Shown: positions 21,172-30,444 of the stretch, piece by piece | Layout of the letters: every line of letters starts with the position of its first letter | Position numbering within the stretch: the first letter of the stretch is position 1 | NCBI GenBank assembly: GCA_965116215.1 | Contig: OZ220494.1 | Coordinates: forward strand, 384,841 to 448,840 | DNA: 64,000 nucleotides | From: Bdellovibrionales bacterium | GTDB lineage: Bacteria; Bdellovibrionota; Bdellovibrionia; Bdellovibrionales; JAKFYE01 | Direction: 5' to 3' | Translations under genes and position numbers: made by a program | Notes under the pieces: generated by a model | What the model saw: only the letters and a program-made list of their open reading frames with translations | What the model was told of the DNA's origin: nothing | Databases searched by the model: none

Positions 21172-22341
21172 ATGGTCTTACGATCTTTATTGAAGATCTT
21201 TATAATTATTTTATTGAGTTCAAATCTCTTTGCTGAGGAATTGATTGAATATACTGATAAAGAGGTTATTTCTCATGCGCATAATCCTGTAAGAGCTCGT
21301 CAGAGGGTATTGCGCATATTTTCTGAAAAAGTATCTTCCGATATGATTAAAAGGATTTTAGGTCAAAAGAAGTATAGACAAAACTTGGCTCTTATAAAGA
21401 CTAAGATATTAAATCAAACGGAGAAATTTATTCCTTTTTCAAGAATTATTAAATTGGAAGAGTTAGAGAAAGGGAAGTTTAAAGCCTCTGTGATGCTGAA
21501 ACTTTCGTCTGAAAGTTTAAAGGATCTTCTTTTTAAAGAAGGGTTTATGAGTAATATGGAAAGAGGGGTTGTTTTATTACCTTTGTTTTCTATTGCAGAT
21601 CGTATTGAGCATAAGAGCTACAATTGGTGGAAGGAGCCTGTGAATAGGAAAGAAGATGGGTTTCTTATTCAACAGAAAATATTTCTTCTGAAGGAAATGA
21701 GGAGAGAGTTTTCGAAAAAGGGGCTTTATGTTTTAGATCCTGTGAAGTGGGGCTATTATTATAATGTCCCAAAACTTTATAGATCGGATTCTATGAGGAC
21801 GAAAGATGTTCAATTTTTGAGTCATCTCTATGGGAGTCAGATGGCCATAAGGGGTGAGGTGGATTTTCGTCCTGGAAGCATGAGTCAGACGGCTAAAATT
21901 TTTATTCGTTGGACTATTGTACATACGGATAATGGAAGAGTGATTGCTGAGTCTGTGGGTAGATATGAAACAGAGCCTGGAAATAGACAGAATGGAATTA
22001 GAAAAGTATTAACAACTCAGGGTAAAGATTTAGTTGTCAATTTAGTTCAGCAGGTTATGGAGGCTTGGAAGAAGGGAAGATTGAGTGTGACTCAAATTGT
22101 TCAAGTCGATATTAATGGTGCTATGGAGTATGCAGATATTCAGAGTTTTAGGTCCAATTTAAAAAATTTGATTCCAGAGATGAAAAGTATAAAAGAACGT
22201 TTTTTTCAATCTGATAGGGTTGTTTTTGAAGTAGATATTTTAGGGGGAGTACAGGAATTAGTAGAGCATTTAAGATCTATGGAGGGTTTTAAGGTAGCTT
22301 CTGTTAGAGATGATAGAGTTGTTCTTTCTGTAGGCAAATAG
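21172..22341 (+). CDS. secreted protein, unknown function
   Basis: ATG at 21172 gives the signal peptide MVLRSLLKIFIIILLSSNLFA/EE, with GAGG 12 nt upstream. The track ORF starts 12 nt earlier at a GTG. I recognised no family. Confidence 0.6.
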   Translation: MVLRSLLKIFIIILLSSNLFAEELIEYTDKEVISHAHNPVRARQRVLRIFSEKVSSDMIKRILGQKKYRQNLALIKTKILNQTEKFIPFSRIIKLEELEKGKFKASVMLKLSSESLKDLLFKEGFMSNMERGVVLLPLFSIADRIEHKSYNWWKEPVNRKEDGFLIQQKIFLLKEMRREFSKKGLYVLDPVKWGYYYNVPKLYRSDSMRTKDVQFLSHLYGSQMAIRGEVDFRPGSMSQTAKIFIRWTIVHTDNGRVIAESVGRYETEPGNRQNGIRKVLTTQGKDLVVNLVQQVMEAWKKGRLSVTQIVQVDINGAMEYADIQSFRSNLKNLIPEMKSIKERFFQSDRVVFEVDILGGVQELVEHLRSMEGFKVASVRDDRVVLSVGK

Positions 22342-22389
22342 AGAAGTGAAATTTATTTTATATTTTTTGATTTATGATATTGTAGATTT

Positions 22390-23124
22390 ATGGGTAGGGG
22401 TGGGAATTTTCTTAGGGTAAACTATCAGAGTTTGCATTTATATCTTATATTATTTTTCTTGTGCGTTGGAGTTTATGCCTATGGACATAGGTCTGAATGC
22501 CAAAGAGAGCCAAATGATGTATGTGCTGACTGTAATTATTATTTTAGTTGCAGAGAAAATCAATATTGTAAAAGAAATTCAAAGCCAAATTGTCAAAATC
22601 ATGATGGAGTTTTAGAGAATAGAGATATCGAAGGGGACGTTGAGTCAACTTCAACTTTAGAAAGTTGTGATATAGGATGTCTTTCTCGAGATATAGCAAG
22701 CTCTCTTGTTAAAGTCATTAAGGTATCAGATGGAGATACAGTGACGGTTTTAACTGAGAATAAACAGCAAGTCCGAGTAAGGCTTTATGGTATTGATACA
22801 CCTGAAAAAAGACAACCTTTTGGGAATAAAGCCAAGCAGTTCACATCGGCTTTAGTTTTTGGAGAAAGAGTTTTTATCCAAGTTATAGATAGAGATAGAT
22901 ATGATAGGAGTGTGGCGTTGGTTCAGTTGTCTGATGGTCGGCTTTTGAACGAAGAATTGTTAAAATCTGGTTTAGCATGGGTTTATGAGAGATATTGTAA
23001 GAAAGCTTTTTGTAAAAAGTGGAAGACTATAGAGATTCAGGCGAAGGCCAATAAAAGGGGCTTATTTCGTAACGAAAATGCTTTGGAACCATGGAAGGCG
23101 AGGCGTCGTCCTACTTCATACTAG
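22390..23124 (+). CDS. thermonuclease (staphylococcal-nuclease-like) with Cys-rich N-terminal extension
   Basis: SNase core pattern: VIKVSDGDTVTVL...VRVRLYGIDTPEK.QPFG...DRYDRSVALV...LNEELLKSGLAW. The N-terminus has a TM/signal segment, then 8 Cys within ~35 aa. Confidence 0.8.
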   Translation: MGRGGNFLRVNYQSLHLYLILFFLCVGVYAYGHRSECQREPNDVCADCNYYFSCRENQYCKRNSKPNCQNHDGVLENRDIEGDVESTSTLESCDIGCLSRDIASSLVKVIKVSDGDTVTVLTENKQQVRVRLYGIDTPEKRQPFGNKAKQFTSALVFGERVFIQVIDRDRYDRSVALVQLSDGRLLNEELLKSGLAWVYERYCKKAFCKKWKTIEIQAKANKRGLFRNENALEPWKARRRPTSY

Positions 23125-23177
23125 TACGATGATTTTTTCGATTTTTTTATGATGTCATTTATAATTGTTTATAGTAA

Positions 23178-24281
23178 ATGGTAAATATGTTCTTACGATT
23201 TTTGATTTTATTTATTAGCTTTTTTTTTCTTTCGAGAGATTCTGTTTATAGCAGTGATCTTTTATCGACTTTAGATCTTCCTAAAGGGTTTGAGATTACA
23301 TATTTTGCAAAAAATGTTGATGGAGCTAGGTCTATAGCTCTAGGGTCTCAGGGTGTTGTTTTTGTGGGCTCTAGAAGTGGCTCTGTGTATGCTCTTTTAG
23401 ATAAAGATTTGGACGGTGTGGCTGAAAAACGTGTCACTATTGCATCGAATTTAAATATGCCTAATGGAGTCACCTATCGAAAGGGTAAGCTGTATGTGGC
23501 AGAGGTGCATAGGATTTTAGAATTTTCAAATATAGATAAAAATTTAAAAAAGAATAGGAAGTATACAGTTTTTTTCTCTGATTTACCTGATAAGAAGCAT
23601 CATGGTTGGAAGTTTATTAAATTTGGTCCTGATGGAGATCTTTATATTCCTATCGGTGCTCCTTGTAATATCTGTCTTTCCAAGGATAAGAGGTTTGCCA
23701 CTTTATCTAGGCTTTCAATGAAGGATAGGACTTTGAAAATTTATGCCTATGGTGTTCGTAATTCAGTAGGGTTTGATTGGAATCCGTCTTCTGGTAGATT
23801 GTGGTTTACTGACAATGGAAGAGATTGGATGGGTGATGATATGCCTCCAGAGGAGATTAATGTTGTTCGTCGTGAAGGGGAACATTTTGGCTATCCTTTT
23901 TGTCATGGAAGAGATATTTCTGATCCGAAGTTTGGTAAAGGGAAGGATTGCAAGAAGTATTCGAAACCAGTGATTGAATTAGGGGCTCATCAGGCGGCAT
24001 TGGGTTTACGTTTTTATAAAGAAAAGCATTTTCCAAAACTCTATCGATCAGGTTTTTTTGTGGCCCTACATGGGTCATGGAACCGTAGTAAAAAATCAGG
24101 ATATAAGGTGATTTGGGCACATCCTAAAACGAAAGAGGTGAAGACCTTTATTAAAGGGTGGCTGAGAAAAGATGAAAGTGTATGGGGGCGTCCCGTTGAT
24201 GTTGAGATTTATTGGGATGGCTCTCTTTTAATTTCTGATGACTTTAATGATGCGATTTATAGAGTGATTTATAGGGGATAA
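23178..24281 (+). CDS. PQQ-dependent sugar (glucose/sorbosone) dehydrogenase-like beta-propeller
   Basis: Signal peptide, then HGWKFIKFGPDGDLYIPIGAPCN, GVRNSVGFDWNP..GRLWFTDNGRD and GEHFGYPFCHG, typical of the soluble YliI/sorbosone dehydrogenase family. Confidence 0.75.
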   Translation: MVNMFLRFLILFISFFFLSRDSVYSSDLLSTLDLPKGFEITYFAKNVDGARSIALGSQGVVFVGSRSGSVYALLDKDLDGVAEKRVTIASNLNMPNGVTYRKGKLYVAEVHRILEFSNIDKNLKKNRKYTVFFSDLPDKKHHGWKFIKFGPDGDLYIPIGAPCNICLSKDKRFATLSRLSMKDRTLKIYAYGVRNSVGFDWNPSSGRLWFTDNGRDWMGDDMPPEEINVVRREGEHFGYPFCHGRDISDPKFGKGKDCKKYSKPVIELGAHQAALGLRFYKEKHFPKLYRSGFFVALHGSWNRSKKSGYKVIWAHPKTKEVKTFIKGWLRKDESVWGRPVDVEIYWDGSLLISDDFNDAIYRVIYRG

Positions 24282-24527
24282 GATTTTTTCTTTCTTGTAT
24301 AAAGATGTTCTCCTGAAATAGATTGTATTTTCCCAGATCAACTATAGATTAGTTGAAAAGCGTTATAGATCTCTTTCTCTTTGATTTAAAAGACTGGATT
24401 TCTAGAGATTTGTGGTTTGAGATATTAAAATTCTCTTAAATCTTCTTGAGAATTTTTATGAGATTAAAATCTACTTCTCATTTGAGATCCAAGTTTTTAG
24501 TAGAGATTCACATAATTTTAACAATTC

Positions 24528-25043
24528 TTATTCTTTAATAACCTTTGTCTTGAATAATCTATCATGTAGGGTGAGTTTTTCACGACCTAGAGCTAAAAGA
24601 AAACCAATACCAAGGAGCCAGGAGGAGATAGATTTTCCAATAAATTCTCTAAGGAATATTTTTGTTTGGCTATTTTCTAGTTGTAGTGAGACAACTTTTA
24701 ATTTACAAATCTTTTTTCCTAGACTTTTTCCAGTTAAGGTTGTGGGAATTATCATAATGAGCATAGTTGTAATGGCTAATGATATATCTGAAATCATTTC
24801 CTGATCTGTAGATATTTTTAGACCACTTACTCCTCTTGTAAGGATATTTGCTGAGAACACAACGGCAACCATATCTATGCTTAAGGCTAAGGCTCGAATA
24901 CCAAATCCTGCTTTTGGACCACCCATATCTTCGGAGGACTTATTTGTATTCTGATTTTTTAAAATAGAAAGTTGAGCAACTTTTGGATTAACTGGAGGAA
25001 TTCCCAAACGATGAGGAGGGGCAGGTTGTCGTAAAGGCTTCAT
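24528..25043 (-). CDS. RDD-family membrane protein
   Basis: R..A..ID near the first TM (GIRALALSIDMVAVVF), about 3 TM segments, and a C-terminal LHDRLFKTKVI, as in RDD domains. Confidence 0.6.
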   Translation of the reverse strand: MKPLRQPAPPHRLGIPPVNPKVAQLSILKNQNTNKSSEDMGGPKAGFGIRALALSIDMVAVVFSANILTRGVSGLKISTDQEMISDISLAITTMLIMIIPTTLTGKSLGKKICKLKVVSLQLENSQTKIFLREFIGKSISSWLLGIGFLLALGREKLTLHDRLFKTKVIKE

Positions 25044-25343
25044 AGAGTGTACTCCTTATGATTTATATATTTGGTTTATTTTTAAATCAGTATGTCACTG
25101 ACCTTAGTTTCTTATTCGGTCATAGGGATTCTAAACTAAAGGTATTTCATTTTGGATTTTTATCAAAGATGGTATTTGAATAAATATTATTTATTAAAGT
25201 ATTGCTTATTAATAAAGTATTCCATTTGATCTTAAAATATAGAGAAAGGAAGAAGTCATATGTCTCATTTTTAGATATTTTTATATGAGCCGCAGTGGTT
25301 GAGTTGTAAAAGTGCAAATGGGACCTATTGAGAGAAAGTTTTT

Positions 25344-25868
25344 TTAGTGATTGATCTCAAGGGATTGGGCGGCTCCATTAATCACTGCGGCGATACGTAA
25401 GCAGGATTGTATACCCTGTTTAGAGATGCCATTTTTTATAATTTCATGAATATGGGCGTTAAGACATAGGCCACATCCATTAATAGCAGAAACAGCTAAG
25501 CTCATTAATTCAAAATGAATTCTATCAATACCTGAATTACGAATAATATTCATTCGTAACTGAGCAGGCATTTTAGAATATTCTTTATCATCGATAAGGT
25601 GAATAGATCTATAGTAGATGTTATTCATGGCCATGATTGTGGCAGCTGCTTTTGCAGCAGTGATGTCGGATTCTGAAAGTGTATTCGTGGTTTGGGAAAT
25701 AATGGCATGAATAATTTTTTGGTTCTTTGTGGCGTATGAAGAGGCTAGGGCAATACCGTAAGATTGCTGTAGAGTTAGGCCCTCAACCTCTTCATCAGAT
25801 ACAAGGCGTCCAAGATTTAACTTGATGTCTTTTGCATAGTCTGGAAAGTGTAAATCTTTTACAGCCAT
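25344..25868 (-). CDS. ahpD: alkyl hydroperoxide reductase AhpD (carboxymuconolactone decarboxylase family)
   Basis: INGCGLCLNAH redox motif (CxxC plus His). It lies immediately downstream of ahpC. I chose the ATG at 25868, preceded by GGGAG; the track ORF has 9 extra codons. Confidence 0.85.
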   Translation of the reverse strand: MAVKDLHFPDYAKDIKLNLGRLVSDEEVEGLTLQQSYGIALASSYATKNQKIIHAIISQTTNTLSESDITAAKAAATIMAMNNIYYRSIHLIDDKEYSKMPAQLRMNIIRNSGIDRIHFELMSLAVSAINGCGLCLNAHIHEIIKNGISKQGIQSCLRIAAVINGAAQSLEINH

Positions 25869-25927
25869 CTTTTTCGTACTCCCTCTTCGTTTCACTTTTA
25901 TCAGATATTTATTTTTCTGATAAAAAA

Positions 25928-26497
25928 TTATTTTGTGGCTTCTTTAAGGTCAATTGTCTTATCACCTTTATTCCAGTTACAAGGACAGAGTTCATCTGTT
26001 TGCAAGGCATCTAAAATACGTAGGACTTCTTTTGGGTTTCGACCTACGCTGAGATCAGTGACCATAGAGAAGCGAATAATACCATCTGGATCCACAATAA
26101 ATACAGCACGCTGTGCAATGCCCTCTGCTTTATCGAGGATGCCAAGTGCTGTGCTGAGTTCACGTTTCACATCAGCTAGCATGAGAATAGGGAGATCACG
26201 GAGTTCTTCTTGGTGTTTGCGCCAAGCCCAATGTGTAAATTCACTATCTGTACTGGCGGTCAGAAGGACAGAGTCTCTGTCGTTAAAATCTTCTTTCAGC
26301 TCTCCAAAGGCGGCTATTTCTGTAGGACAGATAAAGGTAAAATCTTTTGGGTAGAAAAAGACAGTGAGCCACTTACCTTTATGGACTTCATTGGTGACCT
26401 TGACGAAGACATTATCAATATTGATGTCGTCGAATTTTTTATCGGTTACGGCTGTCAGGCTAAATTCAGGAAAACGATCTCCCACTCCCATTGTCAT
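25928..26497 (-). CDS. ahpC: peroxiredoxin AhpC (AhpD-partnered type)
   Basis: FYPKDFTFICPTEI holds the peroxidatic Cys. The C-terminal DELCPCNWNKGDKTI resembles actinobacterial-type AhpC. Confidence 0.9.
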   Translation of the reverse strand: MTMGVGDRFPEFSLTAVTDKKFDDINIDNVFVKVTNEVHKGKWLTVFFYPKDFTFICPTEIAAFGELKEDFNDRDSVLLTASTDSEFTHWAWRKHQEELRDLPILMLADVKRELSTALGILDKAEGIAQRAVFIVDPDGIIRFSMVTDLSVGRNPKEVLRILDALQTDELCPCNWNKGDKTIDLKEATK

Positions 26498-26590
26498 TTG
26501 TGTCTCCTTTGTTCAATAAGTTTTATTTTCTGTTTTAAAAGAATAATAATAAACTTTATATATGTACAATCGTTTGTTTTAATTATATTA

Positions 26591-26626
26591 ATAGATATTA
26601 TCTATGACTAAATAGAGAAGGGTATT
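26591..26626. promoter_or_regulatory. candidate OxyR operator in the ahpC/oxyR divergent spacer
   Basis: ATAG-N7-CTAT-N6-ATAG-N7-TATT (ATAG 26591, CTAT 26602, ATAG 26612, TATT 26623). The published OxyR consensus is ATAG-N7-CTAT-N7-ATAG-N7-CTAT. This site has one spacer 1 nt short and a degenerate last quarter-site. Confidence 0.5.
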
Positions 26627-26693
26627 TTTGATATCTCTTTCAGAAGAGATACAATGATTTTAGATTTTTCTTAATTTTTAAAGGTAGTTAGAT

Positions 26694-27584
26694 ATGAATC
26701 TTAGAGATTTACATTATATCGTTGCTGTAGCTCATTTACAACATTTTGGGCGAGCTGCGGAGAAGTGTTGTGTGAGTCAGCCGACTTTAAGTGGTCAGAT
26801 TAAGAAGTTAGAGGATGAATTGGGGGTGAGATTATTTGAGCGGACGAATAGACGTGTAATACCTACAGATGTGGGGATCCGTATTTTGAGTTCAGCGAGG
26901 CGTATTTTGGAGGAGGAAAGGGTGATGAGTGAAGTGGCTAAGAGTGCTCAGGATCCTTTAGCGGGAAAATTTCGTTTAGGTGCTTTTCCGACTCTTGCGA
27001 CATATGTGTTTCCAAAATTTGTATCCCAAGTCAGGAGAAAATTGCCTTTGTTACGATTGATATTGATTGAAGAAAAGACAGCTTCTTTGCTGGATCAACT
27101 GAAGAGGGGTGAAATTGATGCGGCTTTATTGGCATTACCTTTATCAAAAGATTCTTTAGCGGGTGATTTTTTAGTGAGTCAAAAGTTATTTGATGATGAG
27201 TTTTATTTAGCTGTGATTTCGGATCACGAGTTGGCGTCTTATAAGAGAATCCGTCAAGATATACTTTCACGTTATCCTTTACTTTTACTAGAGGAGGGTC
27301 ATTGTTTGCGTGATCAAGCTTTAGAGCTTTGTAAATTACATAACGGGGGTGAGGTGGAGGATTTTAAGGCGACGGGACTTGAGACGTTGAGGCAGATGGT
27401 GAAGGCAGGGACGGGGATTACATTGATTCCTAAAATTGCTACGAGTAGAAATGAGAGAGGTATTTGTTATATTCCATTTGTTAAGCCTGCTCCGACTCGA
27501 ACGATTGGTTTGGTTTGGCGGAAGACAACTTCTCGGGAAGAGGTTTTAAAATATTTTGTCAAAATATTTTCACTATTGTTTTGA
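26694..27584 (+). CDS. oxyR: LysR-family peroxide-sensing regulator OxyR
   Basis: LysR HTH (LRDLHYIVAVAHLQHFGRAAEKCCVSQPTLSGQIKKLE). The redox pair is spaced as in E. coli C199/C208: EEGHCLRDQALELC. The gene is divergent from ahpCD. Confidence 0.88.
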   Translation: MNLRDLHYIVAVAHLQHFGRAAEKCCVSQPTLSGQIKKLEDELGVRLFERTNRRVIPTDVGIRILSSARRILEEERVMSEVAKSAQDPLAGKFRLGAFPTLATYVFPKFVSQVRRKLPLLRLILIEEKTASLLDQLKRGEIDAALLALPLSKDSLAGDFLVSQKLFDDEFYLAVISDHELASYKRIRQDILSRYPLLLLEEGHCLRDQALELCKLHNGGEVEDFKATGLETLRQMVKAGTGITLIPKIATSRNERGICYIPFVKPAPTRTIGLVWRKTTSREEVLKYFVKIFSLLF

Positions 27585-28015
27585 GTCCAATAGAATTTTT
27601 ATTGATACTGGGTAATAAACAGATTTGTACTTTTATTCAATCGTCTACAAATAGTTGATGATTTCTCTAAATGACTTCTCAGAAATTTGGGAACAGATGA
27701 AAATTTGTACTTTCCAATGAGTGTAAACCCTATCAAAAAGCCCTTAAGTTCTCTTGAGTCTAAGTTTTTTAAAATAATGCTTGAAGTGGCTACCTTACAA
27801 AAAGGGATTATTTTAGTGAACTGAGTTGATTTCTTATGCAGGATATAATATTTCCTATTCTTTTGAAATCATCTCTAAGTTTTGGAAGACTATTGTAAAT
27901 CTTCAGTAAATCTTTGACTGGATAGGACCAGCGATGTTTAATCTTGTGAGGATCATCCAAGGCTATTTTAAAAATCCAAATATGGGTGATGTTTATAATC
28001 AATGAGGAGGTCTAT

Positions 28016-28690
28016 ATGAAATTGGAAATAAGGTCATTTAAAAAGCCTATGGTGTTAGCTAATACTGTCTTACTTTTCGTTGTTTGCTTCTGGTCTTCCT
28101 TGTCTTATGGGGCTAATGAAAAGTCAGAAGATTTTAAACAGACTGAAGCAGCGGCAAGGGAGGGGCATCCAGAGGCACAACATAGACTTGGTATGATGTA
28201 TGTTGCAGGAGAAGATGTTAAAATAGATTTTAAAAAGGCTTTTCAATGGTTTGAAGCAGCTGCAAAGCAAGGTTATGCAACGGCTCAGCATGGTCTTGGT
28301 ATTATGTATTATAGCGGTGAGGGGGTTGAAAGAGATTTTCAAAAGGCCATTTCATGGGTGAGAGCAGCAGCAAAACAGGGGGATAGGAATGCACAGCATG
28401 ATCTTGCTGTCATTTATAGTAAAGGAGAAGCTGTTCCAAGAGATCCTAAAAAAGCGGCCAAGTGGCTTAAAGCAGCAGTAATGAAAGGTCATGCGAGTGC
28501 CGAATATTTACTGGGTTTGGCTTATTTTGCAGGAGAAGGGGTTGAAAGAGATTTTAACAAAGGTTTGGCATGGGTTGAATCAGCAGCAAGACAAGGGCAT
28601 GTAGAGGCCATCGCTCTTCTTGAGGAGATCCATATGGAACGGTCAGAAAGAGCATTGATAGGAGAATACGACTACGATGAGTGTTATTAA
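28016..28690 (+). CDS. secreted Sel1-like repeat (SLR) protein, paralogue 1
   Basis: GAGGAGG lies 6 nt before the ATG at 28016. Signal peptide ...LLFVVCFWSSLSYG/ANEKSE. Five or six A.Q..LG.MY..GEGV..D..KA..W...AA.QG repeats. Ends ...DYDECY. Confidence 0.88.
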   Translation: MKLEIRSFKKPMVLANTVLLFVVCFWSSLSYGANEKSEDFKQTEAAAREGHPEAQHRLGMMYVAGEDVKIDFKKAFQWFEAAAKQGYATAQHGLGIMYYSGEGVERDFQKAISWVRAAAKQGDRNAQHDLAVIYSKGEAVPRDPKKAAKWLKAAVMKGHASAEYLLGLAYFAGEGVERDFNKGLAWVESAARQGHVEAIALLEEIHMERSERALIGEYDYDECY

Positions 28691-28966
28691 AGTATTTTTG
28701 TATCTACAATAATAATATATGAAGAAAAATAAATGGACTGCATTGAGTTCATTTCTAAGTGTAAATTACCCATACTTTTTCAGAGTTCATATTACTATCG
28801 CTTGCCCCCTAGAGGAAAGGTAAACTACTCATACGCTCTCAGAGTTCATTCACATTTGCTCATACTAGAATGTTATCAGTTTTGTGATCACTAGAGTATA
28901 TGTTCAAAATGTGCTGAGAGGGTGAACCATCAATTAGGATTCGGAGGAGCTGCTTTATAGCCCAAC

Positions 28967-28978
28967 AAATCACGCAAA
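28967..28978 (+). repeat. left copy of 12-nt direct repeat AAATCACGCAAA bracketing the tRNA-Asp-proximal islet
   Basis: An exact 12-mer occurs at 28967-28978 and again at 30982-30993. The left copy lies 19 nt outside the DUF3800-like gene stop. Confidence 0.35.
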
Positions 28979-28996
28979 TAATTTTTTTAAATAAGT

Positions 28997-29767
28997 TCAT
29001 TTTTTGCAAAGTCGGTCTATTTTAGTTGTGTAGTGAGGATAGGAAATCAATCCAATACCTTTAATATTTCTTCTTATGTTTCTGAAACGAGGCTTAAGCA
29101 TATTGAAGTATATATCATTTTTTCCTTTTACAGCAGAAGCAACGCTACCAGCTACATAGTCCGCTATTTGTATCAATGGATTATGGGATTCAAAAGAAAA
29201 ATAAATAGAAGGTTCTAATAAGCTAAGTACGACAGGTGTTTTAATTGGGGAACTCCAATTTTTTGAGTGAAGAGTAGCTGTTTCCTTCCGGATGTTATAA
29301 TATGTTTCGCTAAATGGAAGTGCTTCTTCCTTTCCCGGATAAGCTAATATTATAGAACCTCTGTGTTTGCCAGAAGATTGTCTTTCTGACATAAAAAATT
29401 CAAGTCTTACAGATAAGTCATTTATAAGTTGGGAGGCCATTTTAGTAAAACTTAAACTTTTCGTTCCGTCATAGTATGCGCTTATTAAAGTAACTTCAGA
29501 AGAAGAAATAAGAGAAACAACTTTTTTACGAAATTTATTTTGGTCTTTTATATTTTTTTGTGCAATATATCTTTTATTATTTCTCGGATTAAATTTTATT
29601 GGGTCAAAAGGATTTAATTTAAAATTCTTTTTTAGTTTAAAAAGTTCTTCTATTAGAGAGTCTTCAGCAGACTCTTCAATAATAAGCCCACCCCATACCA
29701 TATATTTTGGTTTATTACGATTTCCACCCCACTTACTATCATCTAAGTAGAGGGTATATAAGCTCAC
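28997..29767 (-). CDS. DUF3800-like protein
   Basis: N-terminal LYLDDS acidic motif and C-terminal LIQIADYVAGSV motif, as I recall for DUF3800. The GTG start overlaps the upstream TAG stop by 1 nt. Confidence 0.6.
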   Translation of the reverse strand: MSLYTLYLDDSKWGGNRNKPKYMVWGGLIIEESAEDSLIEELFKLKKNFKLNPFDPIKFNPRNNKRYIAQKNIKDQNKFRKKVVSLISSSEVTLISAYYDGTKSLSFTKMASQLINDLSVRLEFFMSERQSSGKHRGSIILAYPGKEEALPFSETYYNIRKETATLHSKNWSSPIKTPVVLSLLEPSIYFSFESHNPLIQIADYVAGSVASAVKGKNDIYFNMLKPRFRNIRRNIKGIGLISYPHYTTKIDRLCKK

Positions 29768-30141
29768 TAAGGTATCATCAAAGTTGAGGGTTTTTTATCA
29801 GCCCATTCTTTTTTAAAATCTGGCCGAGAGGAAGGCTTTTCTTGAGATACTGGCTTCAATGGAGGTGTTGGCAATTTAACAAAACTTTTAGGTATTTTTG
29901 TTGAAGGAAAAACGGGGTGACATTTTCCATTTGCATTTTTCACAAAACCAACACATTTTCCGCTCAAATCTCTTAAAATCCCGTCATCAAACCATCCTCT
30001 TTGAGTGCCATTAAAATCATGCACTCTATCTTTTTCTATGTATCCTGCATATATGTTATGCCTACAACTTGCTAGGTAATCTTTTCTTACAATTCTTAAT
30101 GAAGGTGTACCTTTTCGGTCAAAAATTACATCTTTCATCAT
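29767..30141 (-). CDS. 4-fold beta-flower-like small protein with Pro/Lys-rich tail
   Basis: Repeated hairpin-like units (VIFDRKGTP, NIYAGYIEKDRVHDFNGTQRGWFDDGILRDLSGKCVGFV) are followed by PSTKIPKSFVKLPTPPLKPV...EWADKKP. This resembles the '4-fold beta flower' family architecture as I recall it. No SD is visible upstream. Confidence 0.45.
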   Translation of the reverse strand: MMKDVIFDRKGTPSLRIVRKDYLASCRHNIYAGYIEKDRVHDFNGTQRGWFDDGILRDLSGKCVGFVKNANGKCHPVFPSTKIPKSFVKLPTPPLKPVSQEKPSSRPDFKKEWADKKPSTLMIP

Positions 30142-30444
30142 TTATTATAATAATAGATTTTCTAATCAGAGTCAAATTAGTTGATTATTGGCTTTTTTGG
30201 GTATTTATAGTGTATTGTTGTAGTATATTCATTTACCTAATAATTAGAAACCTATCAATAAGGAAAGGCTCTTTTTATTGTCCAGGCTTTTTAAGCTAAA
30301 GAAGTTTCTGTTCTGTGAAATAATATTTATACCTAATTTTTATATTAACATTTAGACTTTCATTATTCCGTCTTTTTAAGACATTATTCTGTAGTTTATC
30401 TTTGAATTTTTTATACTTTTTAGTCAATAAGATACTTAAACTAA

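Noticed and set aside
25935-26611. 139-aa and 133-aa ORFs antisense to or overlapping ahpC and its promoter region (also 25832-26014)
   Set aside because: They lie inside or opposite the strongly supported ahpC/ahpD genes and have low-complexity antisense-type sequence.
27808-28002. 64-aa minus-strand ORF upstream of Sel1 paralogue 1
   Set aside because: It runs into the Sel1 RBS/start region and has no RBS or recognisable family. A gene relic cannot be excluded.
30069-30299. 76-aa plus-strand ORF overlapping the beta-flower-like gene start; also 29033-29218
   Set aside because: They are antisense or overlapping a better-supported gene, with hydrophobic low-complexity AT-rich translation.
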